Below, in pieces: positions 45,650-59,857 of a stretch of 64,000 nucleotides of DNA. This DNA comes from the human T2T-CHM13v2.0 reference genome, Homo sapiens. The DNA is taken from NCBI RefSeq assembly GCF_009914755.1, contig NC_060928.1; one strand, 5' to 3'. The translations under genes were made by a program, and so were the position numbers. Positions within the stretch are counted from its first letter, which is position 1; each line of letters starts with the position of its first letter. The notes under the pieces were generated by a model, which was given only the letters and a program-made list of their open reading frames with translations, had not been told where the DNA came from and searched no databases.

Positions 45650-46810
45650 CCACATGGAGGGTGGCACAGAGGCTCGGCGGGGGAGAGCGGAACAGAGCTG
45701 GGCGTGGCAGTGCCTGCGAGTCAGCGCCACGTAACCAGAGGCGCTCGCACTAATTTGACCTCTAAGAGAGACTAAGCGCAGGGAACAGCGGGTGCGGACA
45801 TTACGGCGGAAGGCTCTGGAGGAAGCAGAAGTGAAGGACCTCGCAGTCCTGGGACGGTGGGGCACAGAGAGAGAAAGGGAGCCCCGGGCGCGGCGCGGTG
45901 AGGATGCGAGCAGAGGAAGGACACGCGGCGCCGGGTACCTGCCGGGAGCGCCGGATCCAATGGGAGGAGGGCCCGCGCCGCACCTCAACCTGGCAGAGGA
46001 CGTCACGACGCCAAGGCGGTCGCCGGGCCAATGGGAGGCCGTCGCGGGCAGGGACGGGGCCGGGAGGAGTCGGGGCTGGGCCGCGCCGAGGCAGCTGGCT
46101 GACTCCAGTTTAGCCGCCGCCGGAGAGGACGGGCGCCGAGCCGGGGCTGCGGACTTCGGCCTGCCCCTCACCTCACTCCCGCTGCTTGCACCTCCCGGAT
46201 GGTGCTGACTGCTCCCTAAGCGGCGGCGGCGGCGAGTCGTGAGGACGCGCCGCGGAGGCTGTTCGGGGTCGAGGCTTCCCGTCGCCGGCACTTCCTCTTG
46301 CGGCGCCCGTGCGCGGCCGGCCCGGCAGGCGGGATGGCGGCCGCGGCTCCAGGGAACGGCCGCGCATCGGCGCCCCGGCTGCTTCTGCTCTTTCTGGTTC
46401 CGCTGCTGTGGGCCCCGGCTGCGGTCCGGGCCGGCCCAGATGAAGACCTTAGCCACCGGAACAAAGAACCGCCGGCGCCGGCCCAGCAGCTGCAGCCGCA
46501 GCCTGTGGCTGTGCAGGGCCCCGAGCCGGCCCGGGTCGAGGTGAGCGGGCCGGGATGGGGCGAGCGAGGCTGCAGGGCCGGCTGCGCCGAGTACCAGGCT
46601 CCAGGCCTTTGAAAGCGCCGCACTCCGCCGGCCTCGGCTGGGGGAGGGGAGCCCGGCCCCTGCTCCCGGGGTGGAGGGCGGTCGGCTGCGCTGTTTTCCG
46701 GTGAGGCCTGGTCTTGCCCGCTCCTTTAGGGAAAGGGAGAGGGAGAGTCCAAGAGGAGCCCGCTATAAACGTTGATCTCCGGAGGGCCAAGATGCTGCTC
46801 CGGGATGGGC
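45650..46810. promoter_or_regulatory. CpG island / TATA-less (likely bidirectional) promoter of TMEM165
   Basis: Abrupt GC and CpG enrichment. CCAAT boxes at about 45957 and 46028, CRE-like GACGTCA at about 45999, GC boxes, ETS-like CGGAAG at about 45807. Confidence 0.9.
46334..46540 (+). CDS. TMEM165: TMEM165 exon 1 coding part (69 codons, signal-peptide-like N-terminus)
   Basis: Strong Kozak gggATGg. Translates MAAAAPGNGRASAPRLLLLFLVPLLWAPAAVRAGPDEDLSHRNKEPPAPAQQLQPQPVAVQGPEPARVE. Donor GAG|gtgagc, phase 0. Confidence 0.96.
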
Positions 46811-47764
46811 GTTTTATTGATCAGATGTGTCTTAGAGTAGCTAGAAAGACTCATCCCTACCAAAAAGTTTTTAACAGAAGGCTGCTAGGAGGCTTTTTGT
46901 ATTCCCTGAGGATCATCACATCGGCCATTTCATTGTTGAAATAGCTTATGCCAAACTGCTTACCCAAATTCAACTTGGCACTGCCTGTGCTTTTTGCCAA
47001 ATATGGATTATGAACCATGACTCTCACTTTTTAAAAATGTGCTTTGGCTAGCAGGAAGTAGCCTTTAGGAACGCAGAGGAATTAGTCTCCGGCAGTACAG
47101 CGTGCTGCAGCGATGTGGGATGCCAAAACTACATTTATAAGTAAAACAGAATCCTGTATTTTGTCCTTCCCTGAATAGATACTAGAAATCAACTTTTTAA
47201 TCTGTTAATAGAATTAGTCCTTAGTCACTTGGCAGCGTTTTAACATTTCTCCCTTCTCCCAGTCGTGGGCTTTGTCGTCATTTCCAGTATCTGCTCCCTG
47301 AATCCCGGCCAGTGTGGCACTCAAACCCCCACTCCCACCCAGGCCACATCCAGCCCATCTCCACGTAACTAATCTTCCCGAACATTGAATTCTGCCATCT
47401 TGTCAGAAGTCGTCGGTGAGTTGCCTCCACTAATTTCAGTCCAGCCTTTTTAGGAGAGTGATGTTCAGGTTTCTTCTGATCTGGCTCCAGCTCACCTCCA
47501 GGCTTTTTAGCCACCGCTTTCTTGCTCATATGCTAAAGGGATATGCTCATCTGCAAAAAAGAATGTGCTTCAAGAGCCCTTTGGGACAGGCTTTGTGCTC
47601 TCTTGCCAGTTCCTCCCTAACACAAGACCTTTTCAAAGAAAAAAAAAAAAAGACCTGGAGTTTGAAGCCACGGATCAACTCTTCCCACCTTGGAGAACCA
47701 GCAGATACCTACTCTCTGTGAAGACTTCCCTAAAATTTCTTGGTTAAGGGTGATTTATCTGACC

Positions 47765-47905
47765 CTTTCCTTTCCTTTCCTTTCCTCTCCTTTCTCCTTT
47801 TTCCTTTCCTCTCCTTTCTCCTTTTTCCTTTCCATTCCTTTCATTTCTCCTTTCCTTTCCTTTTTCCTTTCCTTTCTCCCTTCCTTTCCTTTTTCCTTTT
47901 TCTTT
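47765..47905 (+). repeat. Polypyrimidine (CCTTT-type) low-complexity tract
   Basis: About 140 nt of nearly pure C/T preceding an antisense Alu. Confidence 0.9.
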
Positions 47906-50133
47906 GTTGAGACAGGGTCTCGCTCTGTCGCCCAGGCTGGAGTGCAGTGGCCCCGTCTTGGCTCACTGCAACCTCTAATTGATCCTCCCACCTCAGCCTC
48001 CTGAGTGGCTGGGACTGCATGCGTGTGCTGACACGCCCGGCTAATTTTTGTTTATTTTTTTTTTTTTTGAGAGAGGAGGTCTCACTATGTTGCCGAGTCT
48101 AGTCTCAAACTCCTGGGCTCAAGCGCTTCTCCGGCCTTGGCCTCCCAAGTGCTGGTGAGCTCTCACACCGGTGCATTGTTTTCGTGTTTCATGTTTTCGT
48201 TACATGTTACTTTCTTAGGCTTTTCCAATTTTCTGTTGTTTTTCTGTGTAAGACCGTAGGATAGAACTTTCTGAGAGACTGATCTTGGTTTCACTAAGCA
48301 AGAACATTTGTAAGAATCAGTGCTGTCCCAGATGTAGTAATCGCTATTGAGAAATAATGAAGTTCCCCTTACTGGAAGTACTCAGGAAGAAGTTGAATAA
48401 CTAACTGCCTATGAGGAGATTCTGATATGGGAGGGAATCTGGGAGATAAAGTTACTGGGAAGTGAAGATTCTGGGAGCCGATTTAATCCTCACAACAGCA
48501 CGTTAAACAGGTAGAGGAGGTTTGTAAGGAATAGTGGTTTAATATCACAGAGCTAGAAGCTAGTTTCAGCAGAACCAGAATTAGAATCTGGACTTCTGTG
48601 CCTTACTAAGTTTTATTAGCATTCATTGTGTCTTACTCTTTTGACTTATTTAATTCACTAATGGATTTTAATGGTTTATTGGATTGTATGCTGGTGCAGT
48701 TCTTTGATCTTGAGCCTAGCTTTCTCTTTCTCCTTTTTTGGGAACTTTATTGTGTATGTTGTGGCATGTTTACACACACATCTTGCTGCCTTGGGTTCTT
48801 GCAAGTTGTGTGCGTGTTTTATCTGCCCCTACTAGCTTTTAGGTGTCTTGAGAGCATGACTCTGGCTTACTCATCTGTCTATTCCAGAAGACCTTGTCTG
48901 TTCTTGGCATTTATTAACTAATTTTCTAAGACTGGGTTGAAGTAGTTGCATGTCAAGTTTATATCAGCTGTTAAATACCTTTCTGGAAAAACTGGCTGTA
49001 AAATAAACTCAACCAGGAAAAAAAAAAAAAAACAACAACCCGATTTTTAATAGTGTCTATCCAACCTTTTTTTTTTAAGTTGCAAGGGATCCACCAGATG
49101 GAATTAAGAGAACTAAGCTTTTATCATCTGCTGGATATAATGTGATTTTGTAACCATTATTGGATTGGTGTTGGTTTAGACAGTTTATTTTCAGCTGACT
49201 ATATAGTTAATTCCGGGACTCTTATAAAGTTTTTTTTAAAAAGAGAAAAAGAGAAGATCAAAAGCACTGGAACTCAACGAGTAAATAACCCATGGTAACA
49301 GAGAGATATAATGCAGTGATGTCAGAGGTGTACAAGAAGTGTGAATCATTTAACATGTGAAGCCAGGGTCTTTAGTCCACTTGGGGAGAGCAAAGAGGTG
49401 AGTGGGCTTCTCCATCTTTTTCCTTCTGCCTGCCCTGCTACCCCCAGCCATATGCTTAGGAGTGGGGTTCCCATTTACACTGCCCTGCTTGTCGCTCCTG
49501 GCTCAGCTGACCCTGCTTGACATGTCCACTTCAGTAATTGAACTGAAACGCTGATTGATGAACTTAATTCTTAGTGTTCATCTTTTAGCCCTGTCATTTA
49601 CCCCAGTATCACATTTATTTTAAAACAATAACTATTTTGGATTAAGTTAATTGTGTGAGTGAGAGATTATGAATATGTAACTTTGCAGGTATTTTGTTGA
49701 AGTTTTAGTCATATTGGAATTTTTAAGATAGAAATGATGGTAGGTGTAGAGCTACTAATATCCTTTTTAAGAAGCTAGGAAAAATCTAGCCATGCAGAAT
49801 GCCACAGTGGTAGAAACAGTGTCCAGTAAACATATTAAATGGTCTTAAGGATTCTTGTCTTTTAAAGTTTTATTTAATTTTTTTTATAGAGACAAGGTCT
49901 TCTTATAGCTCATAACTCATTGCAGCCTCCAGCTCCTGGACTCAGGCCATCCTCCTGCCTCAGCCTTCTGAGTAGCTGGGAAGGGATCCTTGTCTTTAAA
50001 ACTAGGGGTATGGAGGGAAGGGTGGGTATAATATAATATGATTTTTCCGTTTAATATTTTCATATATTCTTGGTGATTCATTTTAGTTAGGCATTTATTT
50101 ATTATTGTTTATTCTAATTTTGTATTATAATAG

Positions 50134-50786
<653 letters not shown>

Positions 50787-51899
50787 TAGCCAGGAGGTCT
50801 CCATCTCCTGACCTGGTGATCCGCCTGCCTCGGCCTCCCAAAGTGCTGGGATTACAGGAGTGAGCCACCACGCCTGGCCTTAATTATATTTTTATGTAAC
50901 TTTTTGATACTACTCAAGTATTTTTTCCTCTACGGTACTCACTATGCTGAAAGATTTTTCTTTCACATGTTTTCTAAACTATGTAATATAAGTGTCATTG
51001 GCTATTTTTGTCCACCTGATGGAGGTAAGAAATGATCAAAGTACAGTTTAACAGCAGTATTAGCAAGAGTTGAGCCTTGCTGAATATGTAAGTTTCAACG
51101 GATTTGCTTTGCAACTACATGCAGTAGATGTTTTAAGAGGGTAGGTAGGATATTTAAATTTAACCTTTTTGTGCCACTGTGTGAGAGTGGGCTTCTGAAA
51201 ATGGAGGGGGGAAGCATCTCTCCTTGGTTAGTAGGCATTCAAGTGGAAGATATGTTATAAAAACCTAGTTGTATCTTATAGGATGCTAAAAGCAAGGTGA
51301 CTGAACTTCTAACAGGGCATTCTACATTGAGTATGTGCTTTTCTCTATAATTAGGCTAAAAAAAGGTTGGTAAGTAATATGAACTTAAAATCAAGATTAA
51401 CCCCCAATTTACAAACCCATGATAAAAAGTGTTGTTGATTACTTGGATCCTATCTTTTCTGCAGTTTATGTTTCTAGTGACTTACTCAATAGTTTTTTCT
51501 TACTCTTTCCCTGGACAGAATATGTAATATAAGAAACATAAGTCCTTTGAGTTGAGGGAGATCAGATAGATTTAATAAAAGTCATTTAGACTTTATTGCA
51601 TATTCTGGAAGTCCAAAGAAGAATGACTCTGGTTGCATAGCACTTCTAATAAAGCCACAAAATCATTACCTGACTCAGTGCCTGTTCTTGTTATCATATT
51701 TTTACTTTATGTTTTGGTATTTCATTTATTTATTACGTTTCAGCTGTGAGAGTACCTTCTACAAAACATTTTAAACTTTTTTCTATTTTCATTAAGTTGC
51801 AGTCCCACTCCACCCAGTCCAGCCTCCTAATTCTAGCCTTTATACAGCTAAGATTGAGGCAATCAGTTATAAGGACGCCTGCTCATAATTACCTTCTCA

Positions 51900-52299
<400 letters not shown>

Positions 52300-52524
52300 T
52301 CAAGTGCATAAATACATTACAAAACAACATTCATAAAAATAAACATTCATTAAAACAAAAAATAATTTTATTACAAAATATTACATATAAATTCTAATAT
52401 AAATTAACAAGTAACAATAAAGTATTTAAAAATAGTGAAACCATTCACAAAAATACGTAATGAAAATTAAAATACTTTAATGTTATCTTTCGAAATCAGG
52501 TTTATCTGTGGTGTCATTGTTTAA

Positions 52525-52532
52525 GTGCGTGC

Positions 52533-52611
<79 letters not shown>
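52525..52611 (+). repeat. Compound (GT)n(AT)n(T)n microsatellite forming an Alu tail
   Basis: Read directly from the sequence. Confidence 0.95.
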
Positions 52612-52612
<1 letters not shown>

Positions 52613-52831
52613 AGACAGAGTCTCACTGTCACCCAGGCTGGAGTGCAGTGGTGAGATCTTGGTTCACTTCAACCTCTGTCTCCGGGGTTCATGCAATTCT
52701 CATGCCTCAGCCTCCAGAGTGGCTGAGACTACAGGTGCATGCCACCACGCCCAGCTGATTTTTGTATTTTTAGTAGAGATGGGGTTTTGCCACGTTGGCC
52801 AGGCTGGTCTCAAGCTCCCAACCTCGAGTGA

Positions 52832-53139
<308 letters not shown>

Positions 53140-54594
53140 TAGCCAGGATGGTCTCAATCTCCTGACCTCGTGATCCGCCCGCCTGGGCCTCCCAAAGTGC
53201 TGGGATTACAGGCATGAGCCACCACACCCGGCCCCTAAAAAAAGCTTTTTTGACTTAGTAGTGCCCAGGAGACAGTTCTAAGCAAATTGTAAGCATTTTC
53301 TTCTGACTCCTTTGTCTTCAGATAATCTCACCTCTTGTTTGATAACTTATTGAGCAACTTTGTTTCTGTTTTTTTGCAGGGACATCAGTTTTTTTCTTGG
53401 TAGCAAGCTGTAGATTTTGTTTCAAGGAAAGCATCTTCATCTTCTCTAGTTTCATCATGTATAGATGGAGATTCCGATGCAGGTATCTGTATCAATTTCA
53501 ATACAGTCACATTTGTGTTTATTTGAACTCTAGAACTAGAAAAGGAATTACTTTTTTCTTTGATTTTCTTTTTCTTCCTTCTCTTGAGGATCATGAAAGT
53601 ATAAAAGAATACTTTCTAAATGAGGGTGCCTTTTTCTTTTTCTTTTTTTTTTTTTTACAATTTTTACATTTGGAATTAAAATTTTAACTAGAAAAGAGTT
53701 TTTATTAAGCAAGTTTTTTTAAAAAAATCTTAAGTTGTTAATCCTGCTCTCAAGATGTAAGTAAGGTGTGTTTCAGACATTATTAAAATACTGAAATAGT
53801 GGTATTTGTACCAAAACACTAGTATCTCATTACTTACCATGATATATAACACTGTATAACTGAATAGTGGAATACCAAAATTGAAATTGCACACTGCATC
53901 TAATCCTGTATGCATCCAAGTATATTCTTCTGTGCCTGTACTGTCTGCCTTTTTCATGTTTTGGACAAAACTGTCATCCTTTGTGTACCTCCTCTCTGTG
54001 TCCACGTTCCTATTCTCCTCCCTCAGTGCCTTTATTCTCTCCCTTCCCATTGCTTCCTTTGTATCTGCTTACACATGTTCATATGTTTCTCTTATTTTGG
54101 AAAAGAAAGAAAAAGGTCATTCATTTAATCTTAACTTGACTATTAGTTTCGTTTTCTTTCCTTCCTTCCTTCCTTCCTTCTTTCTTTCCTTTTTTTTTTT
54201 TTTTTTGACAGTGTCTTGCTCTGTTGCCCAGCCTGGAGTGCAGTGGGCACAATCTTGGCACACTGCAACCTCAGCCTTCCGAGTGGCTAGGACTACAGGT
54301 GTGCGCCACCACGCCTGGCTATTTTTTTTTTTTGTACTTTTAGTAGAGATGGGGTTTCATCATGTTTGCCAGGCAGCTCTTGAATTCCTGACCTCAGATC
54401 TGTCCACCTCGGCCTCCCAAAGTGCTGGGATGACAGGCGTGAGCCACCATGCCCAGCCATATTAGTTTCTTCAGTTTTATAAACCAAACTTCTAACTAGG
54501 GGATTTGCTGCTTTTTCACTTTACTTTAGTATGTTGTTATCTGGCTTCAGTCCTTGCCTTTTCCTTGAAATTCTTTTTTTAATTTTAAAGATAG

Positions 54595-54915
<321 letters not shown>

Positions 54916-55339
54916 TAAATCCAGGGATCTTTTTCAGTTCTCATTTGACACTGTTAATTCTCTACTGTTTAAGAATCCATCTCAGGTGTATGAACTTGGC
55001 AGAATAATGAAGCCCGTTTGACCTCAGTTTTCCTGTATTAAAACTTAAAACAGCTCCTAAGTTTTTTTGAGTATCAAATGCAACAATGTGTCTGAAAATA
55101 TCTCGCATCTAGTTAGTAGCGCACCCCAACCTGACGGTCTGTGATGCTTTAGTTGCTGCCTGGCTCGAAATATCTAAGATAGTTTTTTTTCCTATTTTTT
55201 TTCCTCCCTCCACCTTCTTTGAATAAAGACATTCTCTAAGGCGCATTCTTTGAACTTTATCTCTTTGCCTTATCTGTTGGAAATCTCATCTACTTGCAGA
55301 GCTTTAGCTGATAAATTTGGGCTGCCAGCAACCAGATAG

Positions 55340-55530
55340 AGTACGTCCTCACTTAATGTTATTAATAGATTCTTGGAAATGGTCACTTTAAGTGAAATGA
55401 CATCAATGATGTCATTTTAATTCAGTGTTGTTTCATTATAACATTGATGAGAAAAGAAAGTTGGTTTTCTTTTACATCATTTCACTTAAAGTTGCAGTTT
55501 CCAAGAGCCTATTGAGGACACGAAGGCTGT
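55340..55530. mobile_element. MER6B-like Tigger MITE (palindromic)
   Basis: GTCCTCACTTAA...TTCTTGGAAA..CACTTTAAGTGAAATGA and its inverted copy TCATTTCACTTAAAGTTGCAGTTTCCAAGA...GAGGAC. Confidence 0.7.
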
Positions 55531-57437
55531 CAACCTTGAGGCTACATACCTTGAGGCTGTCCTAGGCTAAACTCTGGTGATCCATTTCTGATAACCTCTT
55601 TCAAACCTTCATTTGAAATGCTTTTTATCACCCCAAGTGGAATGTATATGAAACCAAACCCCTTGTTTTTATTCCCCTTTCCGACATACCTTTTAAGAGT
55701 ACTAAATACATAATAGCGTTTTAAGAGTACTAATATTTCTGCCAACCAGAAAACCTCACCACCATCTTTGATTCCCCCCATCCCGCCTACCTTTTTTTAA
55801 AGGTCTAGTGATTTTTCTTTCCATTGTGTGCAGAATTTTTTCCTTCTCTTATTTGTCTTAACACGGGTTTCATGCAGCTGACCTCCTGATTGATCCAGTG
55901 GCTGATACTCCCCACTCTGCCCTGATAATTGGTCACAGTGCCTTGATGGTGTTTATGTGTTACACAAAAATATGTAATGACTTCCCTCTTGCCTCTGAGC
56001 TTGTCCACAAACATAAAGAATTTCAGGCCCAGTTTATCTTTCTCATCTTGCCCCAACCATTCTTCTGATGGTTTACTTCTTGTTCTCAGAACATGCCTAT
56101 ATTCTTTCACATTGTCAGTACAGAAAAGAGGTATATGCAGAAAAGGAGTGATGTATTTTCAAGTTAGCCACTCCATGAGTGACTAGTACTGAATCCCACT
56201 GAAATCCCACTGAAACTTCCCAGGAGGCTTATGAAATGAATCTTAGAACCAGCTTCCATATTGGTAGCCCTACAGCTATTAACTTCCCATACTTCCAGGT
56301 AGTGAATGAGTAAATACAGAGCAGTGCTTTTTGGTTGGACCTGCCTGAAGTCAGTCACAGCTTACAAGAAATTGATCCTCCATAGCTGGCATAAGATGTT
56401 GGGTCAGGAAGTTTTTGAAATGGTACATAGCATGTGTCTATAATGGTGTGAAAGTTAAAAATTCCAGAAGATACAGAAGAATGTAGAATGAGAAGTTACG
56501 TCTCTTTTCCTTTTTTGTATTCTAGAAAAAGTTTGCCAACCCCTGTTCTAGTCATTCTGGTTCCTTTCCTGGAAACATTCATCATTAACCTGTTTCTTGA
56601 GACGTGGTGTGTATTTATGATACTTACACCATCCACATGTACACATACTTAGTATATACTTTTTCTCAACTTCAAAATATCTTAATGATTTTCTATATTA
56701 GTGTATAGAACATTCTTATTATTCTTTTAGCTCTATAATATTCCGTTATGTGGATCTACCATTTATTTAACTAGTTTTCTATCAATGGACATTTAGTTGT
56801 TTTTTTCTTTCTCTTTGTTTTGAGACAGGGTCTCACTCTGTTGCCCAGGCTGGAGTGCAGTGATGTCATCTCTGCTCACTGCAACTTGTACCTCCTGGGC
56901 TCAAGCGATCCTCTCACCTCACAGCCTCCCAAATAGCTGGAAACTACAGGTGTGTGCCACCACACCCAGCTACTTTTGTATTTTTTGTAGAGACAGGGTC
57001 TCACTTTGTTGCCCAGGCTGGTCTTGAACTCCTGGGCTCAAGGGCTCCACCCATCTCCCAAAGTGCTGGGATTACAGGCATGAGCCACTGAGCCCAGCCG
57101 ACATTTAGTTATTTTGTCTCTTTATTACAAATGATAGCATTACATTTATACATATTTGTAATCCGAAAAGGTCAATTCCTTGAGTGTTTCTGTCTTGAAC
57201 TTTTTTCTGTAATAGGCCTCCCATACTCATTGCCCACAGTTTGCATTCAGTTTTATTGTAGTGGGTCAGGATCATTAAGAGCTGGAGTTGCTGGGATAGG
57301 CCTTTCTCAAGAGGTTCTACTTGAGTTGGACCTTGAGGAATCTGGATGAAGAGGGGGATAACGAAAAGGAGGTGGGAAGGGAAAAAGGACTGTGTGGCTG
57401 AAGGCTTGTGGTTAGCAAAAGCCTGTCATGCTTTCGA

Positions 57438-57770
57438 GCTGCACTGCCCAGCACTGTAACCATGAGCCATGAGTATGTGTGGCTGTGAGCACTTGATATG
57501 TGGCTAATCCAGAGTTGAGGTGTGCGGTGAGTAAATACCTACCAGGGTCTGAAGATTTAATATGAAAAAAAGAATGTTAAAATATCTCAGTAGTTTTAAA
57601 AATATTGCTTATAATTTAAATAGTAGCATTTTGGATATATTGGGTTAAGTAAAATGTTATTAAAATTTTTACCTGGTTTTACTTTTAAATATATGGCTAC
57701 CAGAAAATGTAAAATTGTATTATGTGGCCTACCTTTGTGGCTGCATGATTTTTTGTTAGACTCTGCTCTG
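57438..57770. mobile_element. MER33-like hAT-Charlie element
   Basis: GCACTGCCCAGCACTGTAACC...ATGTGGCTAATCC...TTGGATATATTGGGTTAAGTAAAAT. Confidence 0.65.
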
Positions 57771-58434
57771 GCTCATCCTTCAGGATGGAGAAGCAGGTTC
57801 ATTTGGGGAACCTGGTATGTGCTTCAGTGAGAACTGTTGGATAGTTACCAGAATCAAGTATTTGGTATGAAAAGACCATTACGTTTCTTAAAACAGTGAA
57901 GTAACATGAAATTAGTTTCAGGAAGATTCAACTGTTCATATTTTGTGGCACTACAAAAACTAATTGAGCACTTACTGTGTACTGAGCACTGTCCTAAAGG
58001 GCTTTATTCATTTAATCCTCACAGCAACCCTTTGAGACATAGGTAGCCCTTATGTTACAGATGAACTTGAGTCACAGGGGGGTGTACCTATTGGCCCAAG
58101 GTCACGCCGTAACTGATAATGCCTTGGCTATGAACTGGCAGTCTGATTCCAGAGCCTATACACTTAACCACTACACTGTGTCCCTGTGAAGGTGAATTAG
58201 ACAAAGAAGATGATCCTTGCACATAGCAGTGAAGGAATGGTAATGGATCACTTTTTAATCCTGTTAATATTTTAATTAAAAAAGATCTTCTATCTTCACG
58301 GTACCCCGATACTTTTCGTTTTAAGTTCTTGTCACCATGATTGGTTGTATGATTTTGGCCACCCAGGACCAGCTTAGTATGTAACAAGCTTTATGTTTAT
58401 TTTTCTTGTGTTTTGTGTGTAGGAAGGTTTTAAG

Positions 58435-58767
58435 AATATGTAGCATCGCTTAATGATGGGGATGTGTTCTGAGAAACTCATTATCAGGCAATTTCATTGT
58501 GCAGACGTCCTAGAGTGTACTCAACACAAACCTAGATGTATAACCTGCTATACACCTAGGCTAAATGGTATAGCCTATGGCTTTTAGGCTACAAATCTGT
58601 ACAGCGTGTTACTATATTAAATACTGTAGGCAGTTGTAACATTTTATATATATAAAAAAACATAGAAAAGGTAAAGTAAAAAATTTGGTACTGTAATCTT
58701 ATGGGACTACTGCTGCATATTCGGCCCATCATTGATCAAATTGTCATCATGTGGTGCATGTCTGTAC
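58435..58767. mobile_element. Tigger3 (MER7)-like element
   Basis: CATCGCTTAATGATGGGGATGTGTTCTGAGAAA...CACAAACCTAGATG...GTGGTGCATGTCTGTA. Confidence 0.75.
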
Positions 58768-59647
58768 TCTTAAAGCAAATTTTATTTTATCCCTACATTT
58801 TACAGAGGAACAGAGATTAAATAATGTGGCTGAAGTTTCATGGCTGGGAATTATAAAACCATGAGACTGTGTAGCTTTGATCACTATTGTGTTTGATTTA
58901 AAAAGTAAACATTTTGTGTTTGAGCTTAGAGCTAAGTGATCATAAATGGTGTATATTTATTCCTAAAATTTTTCTGGGATTTCAGATCCTGAAATTTTAT
59001 ACAAACCTTTAAAAAGCATTTTCAGGAGGAAAATGTGTCAGAGCCAAGTTGAAATTTGAAATGCCCTTTTTTTTTTTTTTAATATAAGGATTCTTAATAT
59101 TGGAAGAGAAAGGAAGTTGTTGTTTTGAGAAGGGGGCTTGCTCCATCACCCAGGCTGGAGTGCAATGGTGCCATTACAGCTCACTGCAGGAAGCTCGTTT
59201 TTAAAGGACCGTCAACGTAGGTGGAACCAAAATAATGGAGAGAAAGCAAGAAGCCCTTAAAATGATACTTGCTTAATTAATTAAACTCAATTCATTGAGA
59301 GCCAGCTGTCAAGGCAACAAATACTTTCCATTTTGTTAAATTTCTCCAGTATTTAGCTCAGAGGTCTAGTCTTAATGGTAATGCCTAAATTTTTCTGATC
59401 TTTACTGTGGAATTTTATAATCTTTATGTTATGTGTTAAGGAATGACATGCACACTAAGAATTTATGATTTTATTCTTACCTGTGACTAGGGCCTTTGTA
59501 ATAAATCTGTTTTTACGCTGTCCAAAATTACTATGTTCTTGGGTTTCTTTTTCTTTATCTCTTGGGTTTCTAGAGATTCATAAGCTTAAAAAATTAAAAA
59601 TAAGTTATTAGGATTGGAAGAGACCTTTGGAAGTGGTTTATCTAGCC

Positions 59648-59857
59648 CAGGGCGTCTCAGTCTGGGAACTGTTGACATTTTGGATATATAATTCTTGGTT
59701 GTGGAAGGGCTGTCCTGTGCATTGTAGGATGTTTAGCAGCGTTTCTGGCCTCTACCCACTAGATGCCAGTAGTTCCCCTTTGATTGTAACTAAAAATGTC
59801 CGCAAGCATTGTCAGATGTCCCCTGGGAGACAAAATCGCCCTGGTTGAGAACCGCTT
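59648..59857 (-). mobile_element. MER20 hAT-Charlie element
   Basis: Consensus-like GGCCTCTACCCACTAGATGCCAGTAG and AAAATCGCCCTGGTTGAGAACC. 8-bp TSD ATCTAGCC/GTCTAGCC. Confidence 0.85.

Noticed and set aside
45566-46790. Long overlapping ORFs (e.g. 296 aa on the minus strand) across the CpG island
   Set aside because: GC-rich DNA is depleted of stop codons. The products are R/A/P/G low-complexity with no recognisable domain.
47278-47721. Opposing 83/87-aa ORFs in TMEM165 intron 1
   Set aside because: They overlap degraded L2-like sequence and resemble no protein family I recognise.
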